Source of the DNA: Mobula hypostoma
Lineage: Eukaryota
NCBI RefSeq assembly: GCF_963921235.1
Contig: NC_086107.1
Location: 100,876,001 to 100,940,000 of the forward strand
Length of the DNA: 64,000 nucleotides
Direction: 5' to 3'
The translations under genes and the position numbers were made by a program. Under the pieces are notes generated by a model. It saw only the letters and a program-made list of their open reading frames with translations. It did not search any database and was not told the origin of the DNA. Positions 35,738-49,271 of the stretch are shown here, in pieces (within the stretch, counting starts at the first letter, position 1; every line of letters starts with the position of its first letter).

Positions 35738-37887
35738 CAATGAATCAGATTTCTGATTCGGTTGTCTCTGAAAACAGAGTATTCAGTATAGACGATCAGG
35801 CAGGCAATGGAGGGACAGACCATGTGCCAGAGGATGGGATTTATATAATTTAGCATTGTGGTTGGCACAGATATGGTGCGCTGATTAGCCTCTTCCTGTG
35901 TTATGTTCTGCTGTTTCTATGTTTCTGAGATAGGCAGTATAATAAGAAATTTGTAACTTTGACACTGCCATGTGTGAAGGCTGGATTAATGCAAGGGATG
36001 AAACCATTCAGCTGGTGTTTATGTTCAGTACTGATTTCCCATTACTCCTATCCATCACAGTCCTTTCTCCCTCAAACTTGCACTTGAATGCACCTCCTTC
36101 ACATCTACTCTACGTGGATTAATTGGAGAGGATATTTCCAATGGTGGGAGAGTCTACAACCAGAGGACCCAGCCTCAGAATAGAGGGGCATCCTTTTAGA
36201 ATGGAGATGAGGAGGGATTCCTTTAGCCAGAGAGTGGTGACTCTGTGGAATTCATTGCCTCAGGCATTTGTGGAGGCCGAGTCTTTGGGTATATTTAAGG
36301 CAGAAGTTGATCGATTCTTGTTTAGTCGGGGCATGAAGGAATACAGGATGAAGGCAGGAGACTGGGGCTGAGAGGAAAAGTGGATCAGCCATGATGAATT
36401 GATGAAGCAGACTCGATGGACCAAATGGCCTAATTCTGCCCCCTTTTCTTATGGTCTAAACCACTCTCTGGGTAAATGAAATCCCTGCAAATCCTTTGGA
36501 TGTATTGGTGACCTACTCACCTGTCCTCATTGTTTCCCAGTGGAAAGCATCCTTAATTTAGCCAGCCCTTTCAGGTCAAGGACACCTTGCTGCTTTTGCA
36601 GTTCTGAGATGGACGATGAGCACCCTCTGTGGGATCTGCAGACTGCCACAGGTGAGGTAGGAGGTGCTTAACTGCGCGTGTGGGTAGTTTGGGAGGTAAT
36701 GTGCTTCTGTTGCCTTCTTCATGCTCTCATGAATACTGAATACTCTGTTTTGAGCAGTTATAGGCTATGAGTCAATGATGATGCTCGATTGCTTCCTGAG
36801 AAATTTCAATTGGTTCAGCATGGACTAGATGGGCCAAAGGGCCTGTTCCTGTGCTGTACTTTTCTATGACTCTAACCCTCAAAGTCCTTTCCCTGTCTAG
36901 CTGGTGATAGAGCTCAGCACAATGTGCCTGTTTCAGGAGACTAATGTCAGGCATGCAGATGATGTGCCTCACCCTTGGATCCGGTTGTATGTGATTAAAA
37001 GGTCTGCTGGGGGTTCTGGCTGAGGACCCTGTTGGTGGTTCTTACTGACGAAGTTCTAGGAGTTCAAGAGGTGGCATTGCTGTTACCTCTCCAGTGCTTT
37101 GCGATACCTTCTGTAGGTAATCCACATCACTTCTGCTCAGCACTGGGGACTGGAGCCTTGAATGCTCTTTCCTCATACGGTCAGAGAAATTGTTACTGAA
37201 TTTCATGAGTTCAAAGGTATGGAGAGTACTCCATGTTTTCTGGGGTTTTGTCATTCATTCATTATTGTTGGGAGTGATAGCATTATGTGGCACGGGCAGC
37301 TTGTTTGTGAACCTTCGTTTACAGACATTTGATATAAATGCTATTCTTTCTTGTTCATCAGTCAACACGTTAGTAAAGTCTAAGATGTTGTCCTCAAAGT
37401 GTACTCCTACGCAAGTGTCATCTGCTTATTGTAAAATTGTTGGCCAAATGTCAGTTCTAGTGTAAACTACAGAAAATGGATGGTTTCCCTTTCTTCCTAC
37501 CCGTTTGCTGTACTTCACTGGGACGATTGTGAAGATGAGATTTATTGATACGCTTTTTATGAACTAGCTTTGAACTTCCATGAGAACTACTTTCACTGTG
37601 TGTTCCCTACCAAACTCCAAACAGTTCTTAGCATTCCCTTTCTGGAGAAAGGATACCATGTACAATTTTTAGCATCTTTAATCTGTTTATTAAGAAGATA
37701 TAAAATTCCTTTCACAAACAAGAAACAATCTGCAGATGCTGGAAATCCAAGCAACATACACAAAATGCTGGAGGAACTCAGCAGGCCAGGCAGCTTCTAT
37801 GGAAAAGAGTACAGTCGATGTTTTGGGCCAGAACCCTCTTTTTGTCATGTATTTGCTGATATTTTAAAGCTGAATCTTTCTTTAAAT

Positions 37888-37969
37888 CGGGGGTTCCCAA
37901 CCTTTTTTTTATACCATGGACCAATACCATTAAACAAGGGGTCCGTGGACCCCATGTTGGGAACCCCTA
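37888..37969. mobile_element. ~80-bp hAT MITE
   Basis: TIR CGGGGGTTCCCAAC / GTTGGGAACCCCTA; TSD CTTTAAAT/GTTTAAAT. Confidence 0.8.
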
Positions 37970-38699
37970 GTTTAAATAGTTTGGAATGTTACCCTGTTGA
38001 AAATGGTTTACTGATGTAAGGTCTCAACCCAAAACTTTGACTGTCCCAGTACCTTCTGCAGTTTGTTTTCCTCTTGCTTCAGATTACAACATCTGTAGCC
38101 TTTTGTGTCTGCTCTCTGAAATGTTACCCATTGTGCCATGAGACAACTGTATGACAAAAGGTGCATGTCGAGTATTTTTCCTATGTCTTCTGAATAAAGT
38201 ATTGTGTTATATAATAATGGGTGGAAATTGGTATGTGGTGGGAATGAGAACGAAACCAGTGTAACACGCTGAACCTGGGTCTTTGACAATAGGTTTCAAG
38301 TCTGGCCCACACTGATCAGAGGCACTCTCCTGATTTATAAAGGATATGAATGAAGTGAACTTGATGCAAGTTGTGTTGGGCTCCCATCAGACATGGCTAT
38401 TTGGGGTGCCACGATAGCGTCGTGGTTAGCATGACACTTTACAGCACAGGTGACCTGGGTTCAATTCCTGCCGCTGACTGTAAGGAGTTTGTACGTTCTC
38501 CCCGTGACCTCGTGGGTTTCCTCCCACAATCTAAAGACGTAGCAGTGTGTTGACCAAATGATCACTGAAAATTGTCCTGTGACCAAGCTAGGATTAAATC
38601 GGGGGGATTGCTGGGCGTCATGGCTTGAAGGGCCAGAAGGGCCTATTCTGTGCTGTATCTCAATAAAATAAAATTAAATTAAAAAATATAAATTGAGAG

Positions 38700-39530
38700 A
38701 AATGCTGAATGGCTTACAGAGAAAATTAAGAACCTTGTGGTATGGTGCAAAGACAATAACCTATCCCTCAACATCAGCAAGACGAAGGAATTGGTTGTTG
38801 GCTTCAGAAGGAGTAGCAGACCACGACCCAATTTACATTGGTGGTGCGCAAGTGGAACAGGTCAAAAGCTTTAGGTTCCTTGGGGTCAATATCACAAATA
38901 ACCTCACTTAGTCCAACCAAGCAGAGTTCACTGCCAAGGAGGCCCACCAGCGCCTTTACTTCCTGAGAAAGCTAAAGAAATTTGGCTTGTCCCCTAAAAC
39001 CCTCACTAATTTTTATAGATGCACCGTAGAAAGCATTCTTCTAGGGTGCATCACAACCTGGTATGGAAGTCGTCCTGTCCAAGACCGAAAGAAGCTGCAG
39101 AAGATCGTGAACACAGCGCAGCACATCACACAAACCAATCTTCCGTCCTTGGACTCACTTTATACTGCACGCTGTCGGAGCTGTGCTGCCAGGATAATCA
39201 AGGACACGACCCATCTAGCCAACACACTTTTCATCCCTCTTCCCTCTGGGAGAAGGCTCAGGAGCTTGAAGATTCATACAGCCAGATTTGGGAACAACGT
39301 CTTTCCAACTGTGATAAGACTGCTGAACGGATCCTGACCCAGATCTGGGCCGTACCCTCCAAATATCCGGACTTGCCTCTCGGTTTTTTTTGCGCTACCT
39401 TACTTCCCATTTTTCTATTTTCTATCTATGATTTATAATTTAAATTTTTAATATTTACTAATTTTTACTATTTTTAATATTAATATTTGTAATCAAGGGA
39501 GAGGAGAGCACAGAATCAAATATCGCTGTG
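38700..39530 (+). mobile_element. Rex1/Babar LINE 3' fragment
   Basis: ORF 38987..39337 SPKTLTNFYRCTVESILLGCITTWYG...LPSGRRLRS...FPTVIRLLN. Confidence 0.8.
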
Positions 39531-40059
39531 AAACTCTTTCAGCAAGGGGCCTGCACAAACACCGTGTGTTAGCTGGCTTCCCTCTGTTGTATAGTCCTGT
39601 GATTCAATGAAATGGATATAGGGCAGTTCTGCATGGTAAAAATGGATAAAATCTCATGTCAGGAGATTTTCCTTTAGGTTGCGGGATATTGTTTGAGGCT
39701 ATAGAGCAGGGGTCCCCAGACCACTCGGTTAACGGTAGGAGTTCATGCACCCCAGCAGAGCATTGCTAATGTACATCCAACTATTTTTTGGAATTTAGCT
39801 TACTCCAAGAAATGGTACTGTAGAGGGAAGGAAGTAAATGACTAACTTATTTAAATATACAGTCATTTGTGGTGCACAAGCACACGTATGGGCACAAAGG
39901 CGCACACATGCATAAACATTTGCACACACGTTGCTGGAGGACCTCAGCAGGTCAGGCAGCATCCGTGGAGGGGAAAAAAGGGTGTGGACTGTTTATTCCC
40001 CTCCATGGGTGCTGCCTCGCTTGCTGAGTTCTTCCAGCATTTTGTATGCGATGCCCAAA

Positions 40060-41850
40060 ATTTTGGAGGTTTTTGATTAGAACTGAGGGTATGATTGTAT
40101 TGAACACTGAGCTGTAGTCAATAAACAGCAGCCTGACGTAAGTATAACTATTGTACAGGGGATCAAAGGTCAAGTGGAGAGTCAGTGAGATTACATTCGC
40201 TGTAGACCTATTGTGGTGATAGGCAAAATGAAGTGGGTCCAGCTCCTTGCTGAGGCAGGAGTTGATTCTAGCCACGACCAACCTCTCAAAGCACTTGATC
40301 GTAATAGATGTGAGTGCCACTGGTTGATAGTTACTGAGGCAGCTCACCCCTGCTGTTCTTGGTCACTGGTATGGTTGTCGCCCTTTTGAAGCAGGTGGGA
40401 ACCTCCAAGTACAACAGTGAGGGATTGGAGATGTCCTTGAACACCCCTGCCAGGTTTTCAGAGCCTTTCCAGCTACACCATCATGGCATGACGCCTTGCA
40501 AAAGTTCACCTTCTTGAAAGATGTACTGGCGTCGGCACCCCCCCCGCCCCGAGACGTAGATCACAGGGTCACTGGATGCTGCAAGGATTCGCAGAGATGT
40601 AGTTTTATTCTCTCTCTGAAAGTGAGCACAAAAGATGTTGAGCTCATCTGGGAGTGAAGCAGCTCTGCCATTCATGATGGTAGATTTCACTTTGTCGGAA
40701 GTAATGGCCTGCAAATCCTGACATGCATCTGATTCCATCTCTTGCCTCAATTGGAGTTGTTCTTTTTGTTCTTACGATGGCCTTCCATAGGTCGTACCTG
40801 GACTTCTTGGATAGTTCTGGATCAGCAGACTGAGAATCTCCTGGTTCATCCACTGCTTTTGCTCTGGGTATGTCTGGTATGTTCTCGAAGGCACACACTC
40901 ATCCACACAGGTCTTGGTGCTGGTGACAACAGTGGCATATTCATCAGACTCGAAAGTGAATCTCAGGCTATTGACGAGCTGCTCTATGAGCAGATGGTTT
41001 AACCATATAACAATTACAGCACGGAAACAGGCCATCTCGGCCCTTCTAGTCTGTGCCAAACTCTTACCCTATCCTATTCCCGCCGACCTGCACTCAGCTC
41101 ATAACCCTCCATTCCTTTCCTGTCCATATAGCTGTCCAATTTAACTTTAAATGACAACATCGAACCTGCTTCAACCACTTCTGCTGGAAGCTCGTTCCAC
41201 ACAGCTACCACTCTCTGAGTAAAGAAGTTCCCCCTCATGTTACCCCTAAACTTTTGTCCTCTAATTCTCAACCCATGCCCTCTTTGTTGAATCTTCCCCA
41301 CTCTCAATGGAAAAAGTCTAACCACGTCAACTCTATCAATCCCCCTCATAATTTTAAACACCTCTATCAAGTCTCCCCTCAACCTTCTACGCTCCAAAGA
41401 ATAAAGACCTAACTTGTTCAACCTTTCTCTGTAACTTAGGAGATGAAACCCAGGCAACATTTTAGTAAACCTCCTCTGTACTCTCTCAATTTTATTGACA
41501 TCCTTCCTATAATTCGGTGACCAGAACTGTACACAATATTCCAGATTTGGCCTTACCAATGCCTTATACAAATTCAACATTACATCCCAACTCCTATACT
41601 CAATGCTCTGATTAATAAAGGCCAGCTAGTTTACGCTTGCAAGCATTCAGAGGCCAAATTCCAAGCTGTTGTCAGCTCATTCACTGAAGCATGCAAGAGA
41701 ATGGGTCGTGCCCCTATCAGTGTGATGGAAGTCCTCTGCTAACTTGCTTCCACTGTACAATACCGCCCTCTGACAGGAGAAGTCTATGATGAAATTCTGG
41801 AGCTCATGCTCCACTGCTTTGTAATCTTGGGAGCCACCAATTAACAAAGC
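40060..41850 (-). mobile_element. Degraded Rex1/Babar LINE split by the CR1 at 41001-41626
   Basis: ORF 39952..40347 CLSNYQPVALTSITIKCFERLV...YVRLLFIDYSSVFNTI; SLPDELNIFCAHF in 40481..40750. Confidence 0.7.
41001..41626 (-). mobile_element. Young CR1 3' fragment
   Basis: Uninterrupted ORF 41074..41580 (LYKALVRPNLEYCVQFWSP...RGDLIEVFKI); AACCATAT-type tail. Confidence 0.9.
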
Positions 41851-43633
41851 AGGTACTGATGAAGAGTATCGGCCGGAAATGTCAGCTGCTTATTCCCGTC
41901 CATAGATGCTGCCTGGCCTGCTGAGCCCCTCCAGCAGATTGTGTGTATTGCTGCAGATTTCCAGCATCTGCAGTATTTCTTGTGTCTAGGTTTTGATGAA
42001 ATTTGCTATCACTTTCAGTGCACCAGGGCAACCTTTGGTTAATTGAGGGAAAAGTCAAGGACTGAAACCTGGTGCAGAGCACAGTCTGTTTAGCCGCAGT
42101 GATTCCTGTCTTTCCGTACTGCCTGTAAAATCCTCCAAATCCACTGAAGATGGATTTTCAATGTTCATGGATGGATGGATGGATTTCATTTCTTCAGCAG
42201 GTCAACATCACCAAAACCGGGTTTGTTGGGCAGGCCACATCGCTTTCATACTTGCCACCAGACTCCATTAAAGTTCCATTATATAGCTGGAGATTACCAG
42301 GCAGACAGAGGACGTTGTTCACAACCCCCTAGAAAAAAAAAGGGAATGCAACATCTGCACTGACACTAAGGAACTTCTGGCCTGTGGTCATTCAAAGAAG
42401 GAGCTTTCAACTTGGAGCCATGTGTCAAGAGCGGGCAGAAGCCTTGTGTACATATCTCAAGGAGTGCACCACCTTCGAAGCTACAAACTTGTCCAACCTG
42501 TCTTGACGCCTCCTCTTCCCTCTGGCGCTCTGTAACTCCCACAATGGCATCATCATTTGTCTCAGAGCTCACAGAATCTGAGGGGAAGGAGGTTCTCCTC
42601 CATTCCAAGGTACTGCGCCTTGTGAAAACAATAAAATTTCAGTACAAAAGCTGCATTGAGGCAAAGGGTTTGAGGAGTCAACTACCCCTCGTGCATTGGT
42701 ATTGGATTATTATTAACTCGTGTACTAAGGACCTCGACCTTGTCATGTTCTGGAGGCTTGCATGCCTCAACGACCCTGAGAAATATGGTGGCTGGAGTCA
42801 GGACTTTGTGCTTTGGCTCTTTGTAGGCTCACCCATGCCAATCAGGTCAAAGGGTAGATGACAGAGGAAGAGTGGTCCATCAGTCCTCCAGGTTTAGGGG
42901 TTCAGCTCAAGGCTAGCAAACCTGACTGGTCAAACAAAATTGTTATGGACACAGCAATGGAGAATCCTTCTACATCTGCGTGGTCAAGGATAGACAGATG
43001 GAGGACCTTCATTGTTGCCCTAAATGCCAGCAGGTGTAATGGACAACTCATATGTACTAAGATGCTGTGGATAATTAGTTTTGTATGCCATCCATAAAGG
43101 TCATTTCAAAGCGTAACCACTTTGAGGTAGTAAAGTTGAAGTTGAGTTCATTGTCCTATACGCAAGTACATGCAGCAGCCTCACAGGTAGAACGTGTCAT
43201 ATAAGCAACATTCACAAGAAAAAGCGTGCATTAACCATAAATTATTCACAATTTTTACAAGAATGACACAATCTAGGTATGAGGAATGAAGTATACTTTA
43301 GTGCAAAGTGATCAAAGTAGTCATCATGTTGCTAAGTTGTAGTGATTAGGGTTTGCTGGTTGGTTTATGAACTGAATGGTTGATGGGAAGTAGCTGTTCA
43401 AGAACCTGGAAGTATGGGACTTTAGGCTTCTGTACCTCTTGCCTGATGGTAGCTGCGAGAAAATGGCATAATCTGGATAGTGGAGAGCTTTGATGATAGA
43501 TCTTTTGTAGACTCAGTGGTTTCTGAAGTACAAAACAAAAACAATGACAATGCAGAATAGTGTTACAGCTATAGTTCTTAGAAGTTAGATTGAAAAGAGG
43601 AGAACAATTGTAATGTATGTAATGAATAGACCT

Positions 43634-43802
43634 ACACAAAATGCTGGAGGAACTCAGCAGGCCAGGCAGCATCTATGGAAAAGAGTCTTGCTGAAGGATC
43701 TCAGCCCAAAACATTGACTATACTGTTTTCCATAGATGCTGCCTGGCCTGCTGAGTTCTTCTAGCAGTTTGTCTGTGTTGCATCTGCAGATTTTCTCTTG
43801 TT
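43634..43802. mobile_element. Short palindromic PLE insertion (older)
   Basis: Inverted arms; TSD TGTAATGAATAGACCT at 43618-43633 and 43803-43818. Confidence 0.82.
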
Positions 43803-43934
43803 TGTAATGAATAGACCTGCTGGGAGCCATCTGCTCATCAGTATAAAGGGGAAGTCATGGCTGGGTTAAGGATTTGAGGAAGAAATTATGGTGCGGACAC
43901 TGGTAGGCCTTAATGGTCTGTGCAAACTGGTGAC

Positions 43935-46690
43935 CATCGGACCTACATGTCTTAATGTCTTTACTCGCAGTGCTATGTGCTGGTCAGGGCAGGAATAGAA
44001 TGATAGTACAGGTGAATGAGTGGCTAAGGAGGTGGTGCAGGGGGCAGGGTTTCAGATTTCTGCATCATTGGGATCTCTTCTGGCAAAGGTATGACCTGTA
44101 CCAAAAGGAAATTTTACACCTGAACCCAGGAGGGACCGATAACCTTGTGAGCAGGTTCGCTTGAGTTGTTCGGGAGGGTTTAAACTCAGTTGGCAGGGGG
44201 ATGGGAAGCAGTTTGATGGGCCAGTTGGTATACAAGTCAATGCAGTGTGTAGTGAGACTGTGAGGATGGACAGGCAGCTGATAGGGCAAAATTGCCGTCA
44301 GTGAGATGAGGTGAAGTGTAACATGGGGGTAAAATCGAAAAGGGTGATGAATACAGGTCTGAACGTGTTATATTCAAATGTACACAGTGTACGGAATAAG
44401 GTAGATGAGTTTGTGGCGCAGTTAGAGATTGGAAGGTATGATGTTGTGGACATCTCTGAGACATGGCTGAAAGAAGATCATAGTTGTGAGATTAACATCC
44501 AAGGATACACATTGCAATGAAAGAACAGGTAGTTAGACAGAGGGAGTGTGGTGGCTCTGTTGGTAAAAAATGAAATCAAATCCTTACAAAGAGGTGACAA
44601 AGGATAGGAAGATATAGCATCCTTGTGGGTAAAGTTAAAAAGGATCTGCAAGGGTAAAAATAAACCCTGATGGGAGTTATGTACAGGCCCCTGAACTGTA
44701 GCCAGGGTGTCCGATATAAGCTTCAATGGGAAATAGAAAAGGCATGTAATAAGGGCAACGTTATAGTTTTACAAAAGGGATTTCAATTATACAAATAGAT
44801 GAGGAAAATCAGGTTGGTGCTGGATTCCAAGAGAGAGAATTTGTTGAATGCCTACTAGATGAGTTTTTAGAACAGCTTATGGTTGAGTTCACTCAGGGCA
44901 AGGCAATTCTGGATTGGGTGTTGTGTAATGAACCAAATTTGAATAGGGAGCCGAAGGTAAAAGGAACCCTTGCGAGACAGTGATCATAATATGATAGATT
45001 TCACCTGGCAGTTTAAGAGGGAGAAGATAAAGTTAGATTATCAGTGTTACAGTGGAGCAAAGTGAATTACAGAAGCCTGAGAGAGGGGAGCTGGCCAAAG
45101 TTGATTGGAAGGGAATACTAGCAGGGATGACGGAAAAACAGCATTGGCTCGAGTTTCTGGGGGCATTTCGGAAGTCGCAGGATAGATACATCCCAAAGAT
45201 GAAGAAGAATTGAATTTAAAGGGTAGATGATGCAACTGTGGTGACAAGGGAAGTCAAAAACAGCTTAAAAGCAAAAGAGAGGGCATATATTAGAGCAAGA
45301 AAAAGTGGGAAGTTAGAGAATTGGGAAGGTTTTTAAAAACCAACAGATGGCAAAATATGAAATATGAAAGTAGGCCAGTCAAAATATTAGAGGATACTAA
45401 AAGTTTTTTCAGATATGTAAAGAGTAAAATAAAGGCAAGAGTGGATATTGGACCACTAGAGAAGTAGTAATGTGGGACAAAGAAATGGTGGATGAACTTA
45501 AGTATTTTACATCAGTCTTCACTGTGGAAAACACTAGCAGTATGCAAGAAAAATTTGAGAGTGTCAGGGGGCAGAAGTGAGTGTAGTTGCCTGACTTCAG
45601 TGGTTGGGAAGATGTTGGAGTCCATTATTAAGGATGAGGTTTTGGGGTACTTGGAGACACATGATAAAGTAGACCGAAGTCAGCATAGTTTCCTTAAGGG
45701 GAAATCTTGCCTGACAAATCTGTTGGAATTCTTTGGGGAAATAACAGGCAGGATAGATAAAGTAGAGTCAGTGGATGTTGCTTACTTGGATTTTTTAGGA
45801 GGTCTTTGATGTGGTGCCGCACATGAAGCTGCTTAACAAGATGAGAGCCCGTGGATTTACAGAAATAATGTGAGCATGGATAGAAGATTGGCTGATTGGC
45901 AGGAGAAAAAGAGTCAGAATAAAGGGGGCTGCTGGTGACAAGGGGTGTTCTGCAGGGGTCGCTATCGGGACTGCCTCTTTTAAAGTTACATGTGAATAAT
46001 TTGGATGACAGAATTGATGGCTTTATGCCCAGGTTTGCAGATGATACAAAGGTAGGTGGAGGGGCAGGTGGTATTGAGAACGCAGTGAGTCTGTAGCAGT
46101 TGAACAGATTGGGAGAATGGGCAAAGAGGTAGCAGATGGAATATACTGTAGGGAAGTGATGGTCATATACTTTGGTAGAAGAAATAAAGTTGTAGACTAT
46201 TTTCTAAATGGGCAGAAACCTCAAAGATCAGAGGTGCAAAGAGAATTGGGAGTCACTGTGCAGAATTCCTTAAAGGTTAGCTTGCAGGTTGAATCAATAG
46301 TAAGGAAAACAAATGCAATGTTAGCATTGATTTCAAGAGGACTAGAACATAGGATGTGAGGCTGAGGCTTTGTGACACATTAGATGGCACTTGGACTTTT
46401 GTGAGTAGTTTTGGGCCCCTTCCGGAGGAAGAGGTGTGCTGCCAGTGGAGACGGTCCAGAGGTTGTTCAGGTGAATGATTCCAGGAATGAAAGGGTTAAT
46501 GTATGAGGAGCGTTTGATGGCCTTGCTGGAGTTTAAAAGAAAGGCGGGTGGGGGAACCTCATTGAAACCTGTCGAATATTGAAACACCTAGATCAGAGTG
46601 GATGTGGAGAGGATGTTTCCTATAGTGGGGTGAGACTAGGACTAGGGGCACAGCCTTAGAAGAGAGGGATGTCCATTTAGAACAGAGAAG
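43935..46690 (+). mobile_element. Long degraded CR1 LINE (ORF1 end, APE endonuclease, RT)
   Basis: VNEWLRRWCRGQGFRFLHHWDLF (ORF1 esterase-like), LYSNVHSVRNKVDE...ISETWL (endonuclease), KGKSCLTNLLEFF and FADD (RT); many frameshifts. Confidence 0.85.
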
Positions 46691-46694
46691 AGAA

Positions 46695-47370
46695 CGGTGC
46701 TCCCGATGTGGCCTCCTCTACATTGGTGAGACCCACCATAGATTGGGGGCCTGCTTTGCTGAGTAGCTTCGCTCCATCCGCGACAAGTAGGATTTCCCAG
46801 TGGCCGACCATTTTAATTCCAATCCCCACTCCCATTTTGACATGTCGGGCCATGGGCTCCTCCACCTCCATGGTGGGGCCACTCTCAGGCTGGAGGAGCA
46901 TTGCTTCATTTTCCATCTGGGGTAGCCTCTGTTCTGATGGCATGAACGTCGATTTCTCTAACTTCCGGCAAATTTTCCCCCTGCTCCTTCCCTCTTCTTC
47001 CTTTCCCCACTGTGGAGCCCCTCTTATCTTCTCTGTTCCTCACCTTCCCTTTCTCCCATGGCCAACTCTCCCCTCCAATCAGTTTCCTTCTTAATTGGTC
47101 CTTTACCTATTCCACCAATCACCTCCCAGCTTCTTATTCCCCCCTCCCCTACCTATAGGCTTCACTTATCACCTTAATGCTTGTACTCCTATCCCTTCCT
47201 TCACTGTCTCATTCTGTCTTCCTCCCCCTTCCTTTCCAGTTCAGATGCAGGGCCTCGGCCAAAAGCGTCAACTGCTTATTCATTGCCATAGGTGCTGCCT
47301 GACCTGCTGAGTTCCTCCAGCATTTTGTATGTATTAATCTGGATTTCCTGCAGAATCTTTTGTGTTTGTC
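46695..47370 (+). mobile_element. PLE remnant with GIY-YIG endonuclease fragment and pLTR
   Basis: CSRCGLLYIGET...PVADHFNS...DGMNVDFSNFR across frameshifts; degenerate hammerhead at ~47238-47275. Confidence 0.8.
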
Positions 47371-48713
47371 ATAGGTTATAGAAAGTTATTTCTAAAAATA
47401 CTTGTGCTTGCCACTCATTACATATTAAACATCCAACTGACTGGTATGCAGCTGGGAGAGTGAGTGAGCAGCTCCACAGATCCATGCCAATCGAAGGAAC
47501 AAGCAAATTATAAAGGCAGATTCAGGGGAAAATTTCCTGGTGGGAGCTGGCTTATTGTGCCTGAATATGTGCCAATTCAGGTTTAAGATTTTTATGTAAA
47601 AGGTCCTTAATGCTAATTACTTTTGCAGAGTATTTGGCTAGGGAATTGAAATATTGGAAAGCAAGGAGTTGTGTGTGTGTGTGTGCTGGAATTCAAGATT
47701 CAACAGAAATCACATTACAACAGATTAACAATGTACCTATTGGCCTAAATCTTGCTAGAGAAGCGATGTGCTGTGATGCATGCTGTTATTAATGCACAGT
47801 TTTGCCAGCAAATTTAGGGGATTAAGTGATTACGTTGTCAGTCTTCAGAATTTGCAGACTGATTAACTCCATTTACTTTCCATAAACAGGATCTCACCCT
47901 TTAACCTCGTTTTTTTTTAAAACTTGCTGCATTTGCATAATAATTCCCCATCAACTTGACACAAAGTTGGGACTTGCATTTAACATCATAAGTACCCCTT
48001 TTAATCCTGTGATAATGAATGCTCTACCGGTCAAATGCAGAAGGGGAAAAGAATTAATCGGTGGAGTATTTTTTTTTCATGTTTCAGATTATTTTAAAAC
48101 TTTTCAAACATAGCAACTTTTATTTATTTAGAGACACAGCTCGGTGACACAACCTTCTGGCCCGATGAACCCGCACCACCCATGTGACCAATTGTATGTC
48201 TTTGGAATGAAGCTGGAGCACCCGGAGGAAACCCACGCGGTCACGGGGAGAACTTGCAAACTCCTTACAGACAGCGGCAGGAATTGTACCTGGCACTGTA
48301 ATAACATCACGCCAGCCGCTACACTACCCTTTACAGTACAGGAAGATGGACTTGAGTTCATGATGACCCCAGGTCGAGCAGTCGGCTAAGTCCTGTAGCC
48401 TCACAAATTAATTTTCCTCCAGGGCTCCGTCCAGTTCTTGTTTCTACAACATTCACAGGTGGTGAATCCCAGAACATGTCAGCCCTTGGCATGTTTTTTT
48501 AAAAATCCTTGAGCGGGCAGGAGAGATTTAGTTTAATTTCGCGTTGTGTTTGGCCCAGACAAGGTGGGTCGAAAGGCCTGTTCCTGTTTTGTGAGTCTTC
48601 TGTTCATCCCTTTGATCTGTGTGCTCCTGGTCCCCAAACCTTCTAATGGAGACGGCTCCTGTTTATCTGGTCAAAACATGCCATTTCTCTGTCCATTCTG
48701 CCAGCCTGTCGTA

Positions 48714-49271
48714 TACTCAGTGGCCACTTTATTAAGCAGCTCCTGTACCTAATAAAGTAGCCACTGAATTCATGCTTGTGGTCCTCTGCTGCTGTAGCCC
48801 ATCCACTTAAAGGGTCGACATGTTGTCTGTTTAGAGATGCTCTTCTGCACACCACTGTTGTAACACGTGGTTATTCAACTTATCGTCGCTTTCCTGTCAG
48901 CTTGAAGCAGTCTGGCCATTCTCCTCTACCCTGTCTCATTAACAAGGCGTTTTCACTCGCAGAACTACCACTCACTAGATAGTTTTACTCTTGCACCATT
49001 TTCTGTAAGCTAGAGACTCTCTGTGTGTGAAAATCCCAGGAGATCAGCAGTTTCTGAGATACTCAAATCACCCCGTCTGGCACCAACAAGCATTCCACTG
49101 TCAAGGTCACTTAGATCACATTTCTTCCCCATTCTGATGTTTGGTCCGAACAACAACTGAACCTCTTGACCATGTCTGCAAGCTTTTGTGCATTGGGTTG
49201 CTACCACACGATTGGCTGATTAGATATTTGGATTAATGAGCAGGTGTAGCTAATAAAGTGGCCACTAAGTG
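48714..49271 (-). mobile_element. Non-autonomous Tc1-like transposon
   Basis: TIRs TACTCAGTGGCCACTTTATTA / TAATAAAGTGGCCACTAAGTG flanked by TA; ORF 49010..49207 MGKKCDLSDLDSGMLVGARRGDLSISETADLLGFSHT (Tc1 HTH). Confidence 0.88.

Noticed and set aside
42775..42830. KYGGW peptide resembling MPRIP exon 2 (AKPIYGGWL)
   Set aside because: Lies inside an RTE-like repeat, has no suitable acceptor, and the similarity does not extend.
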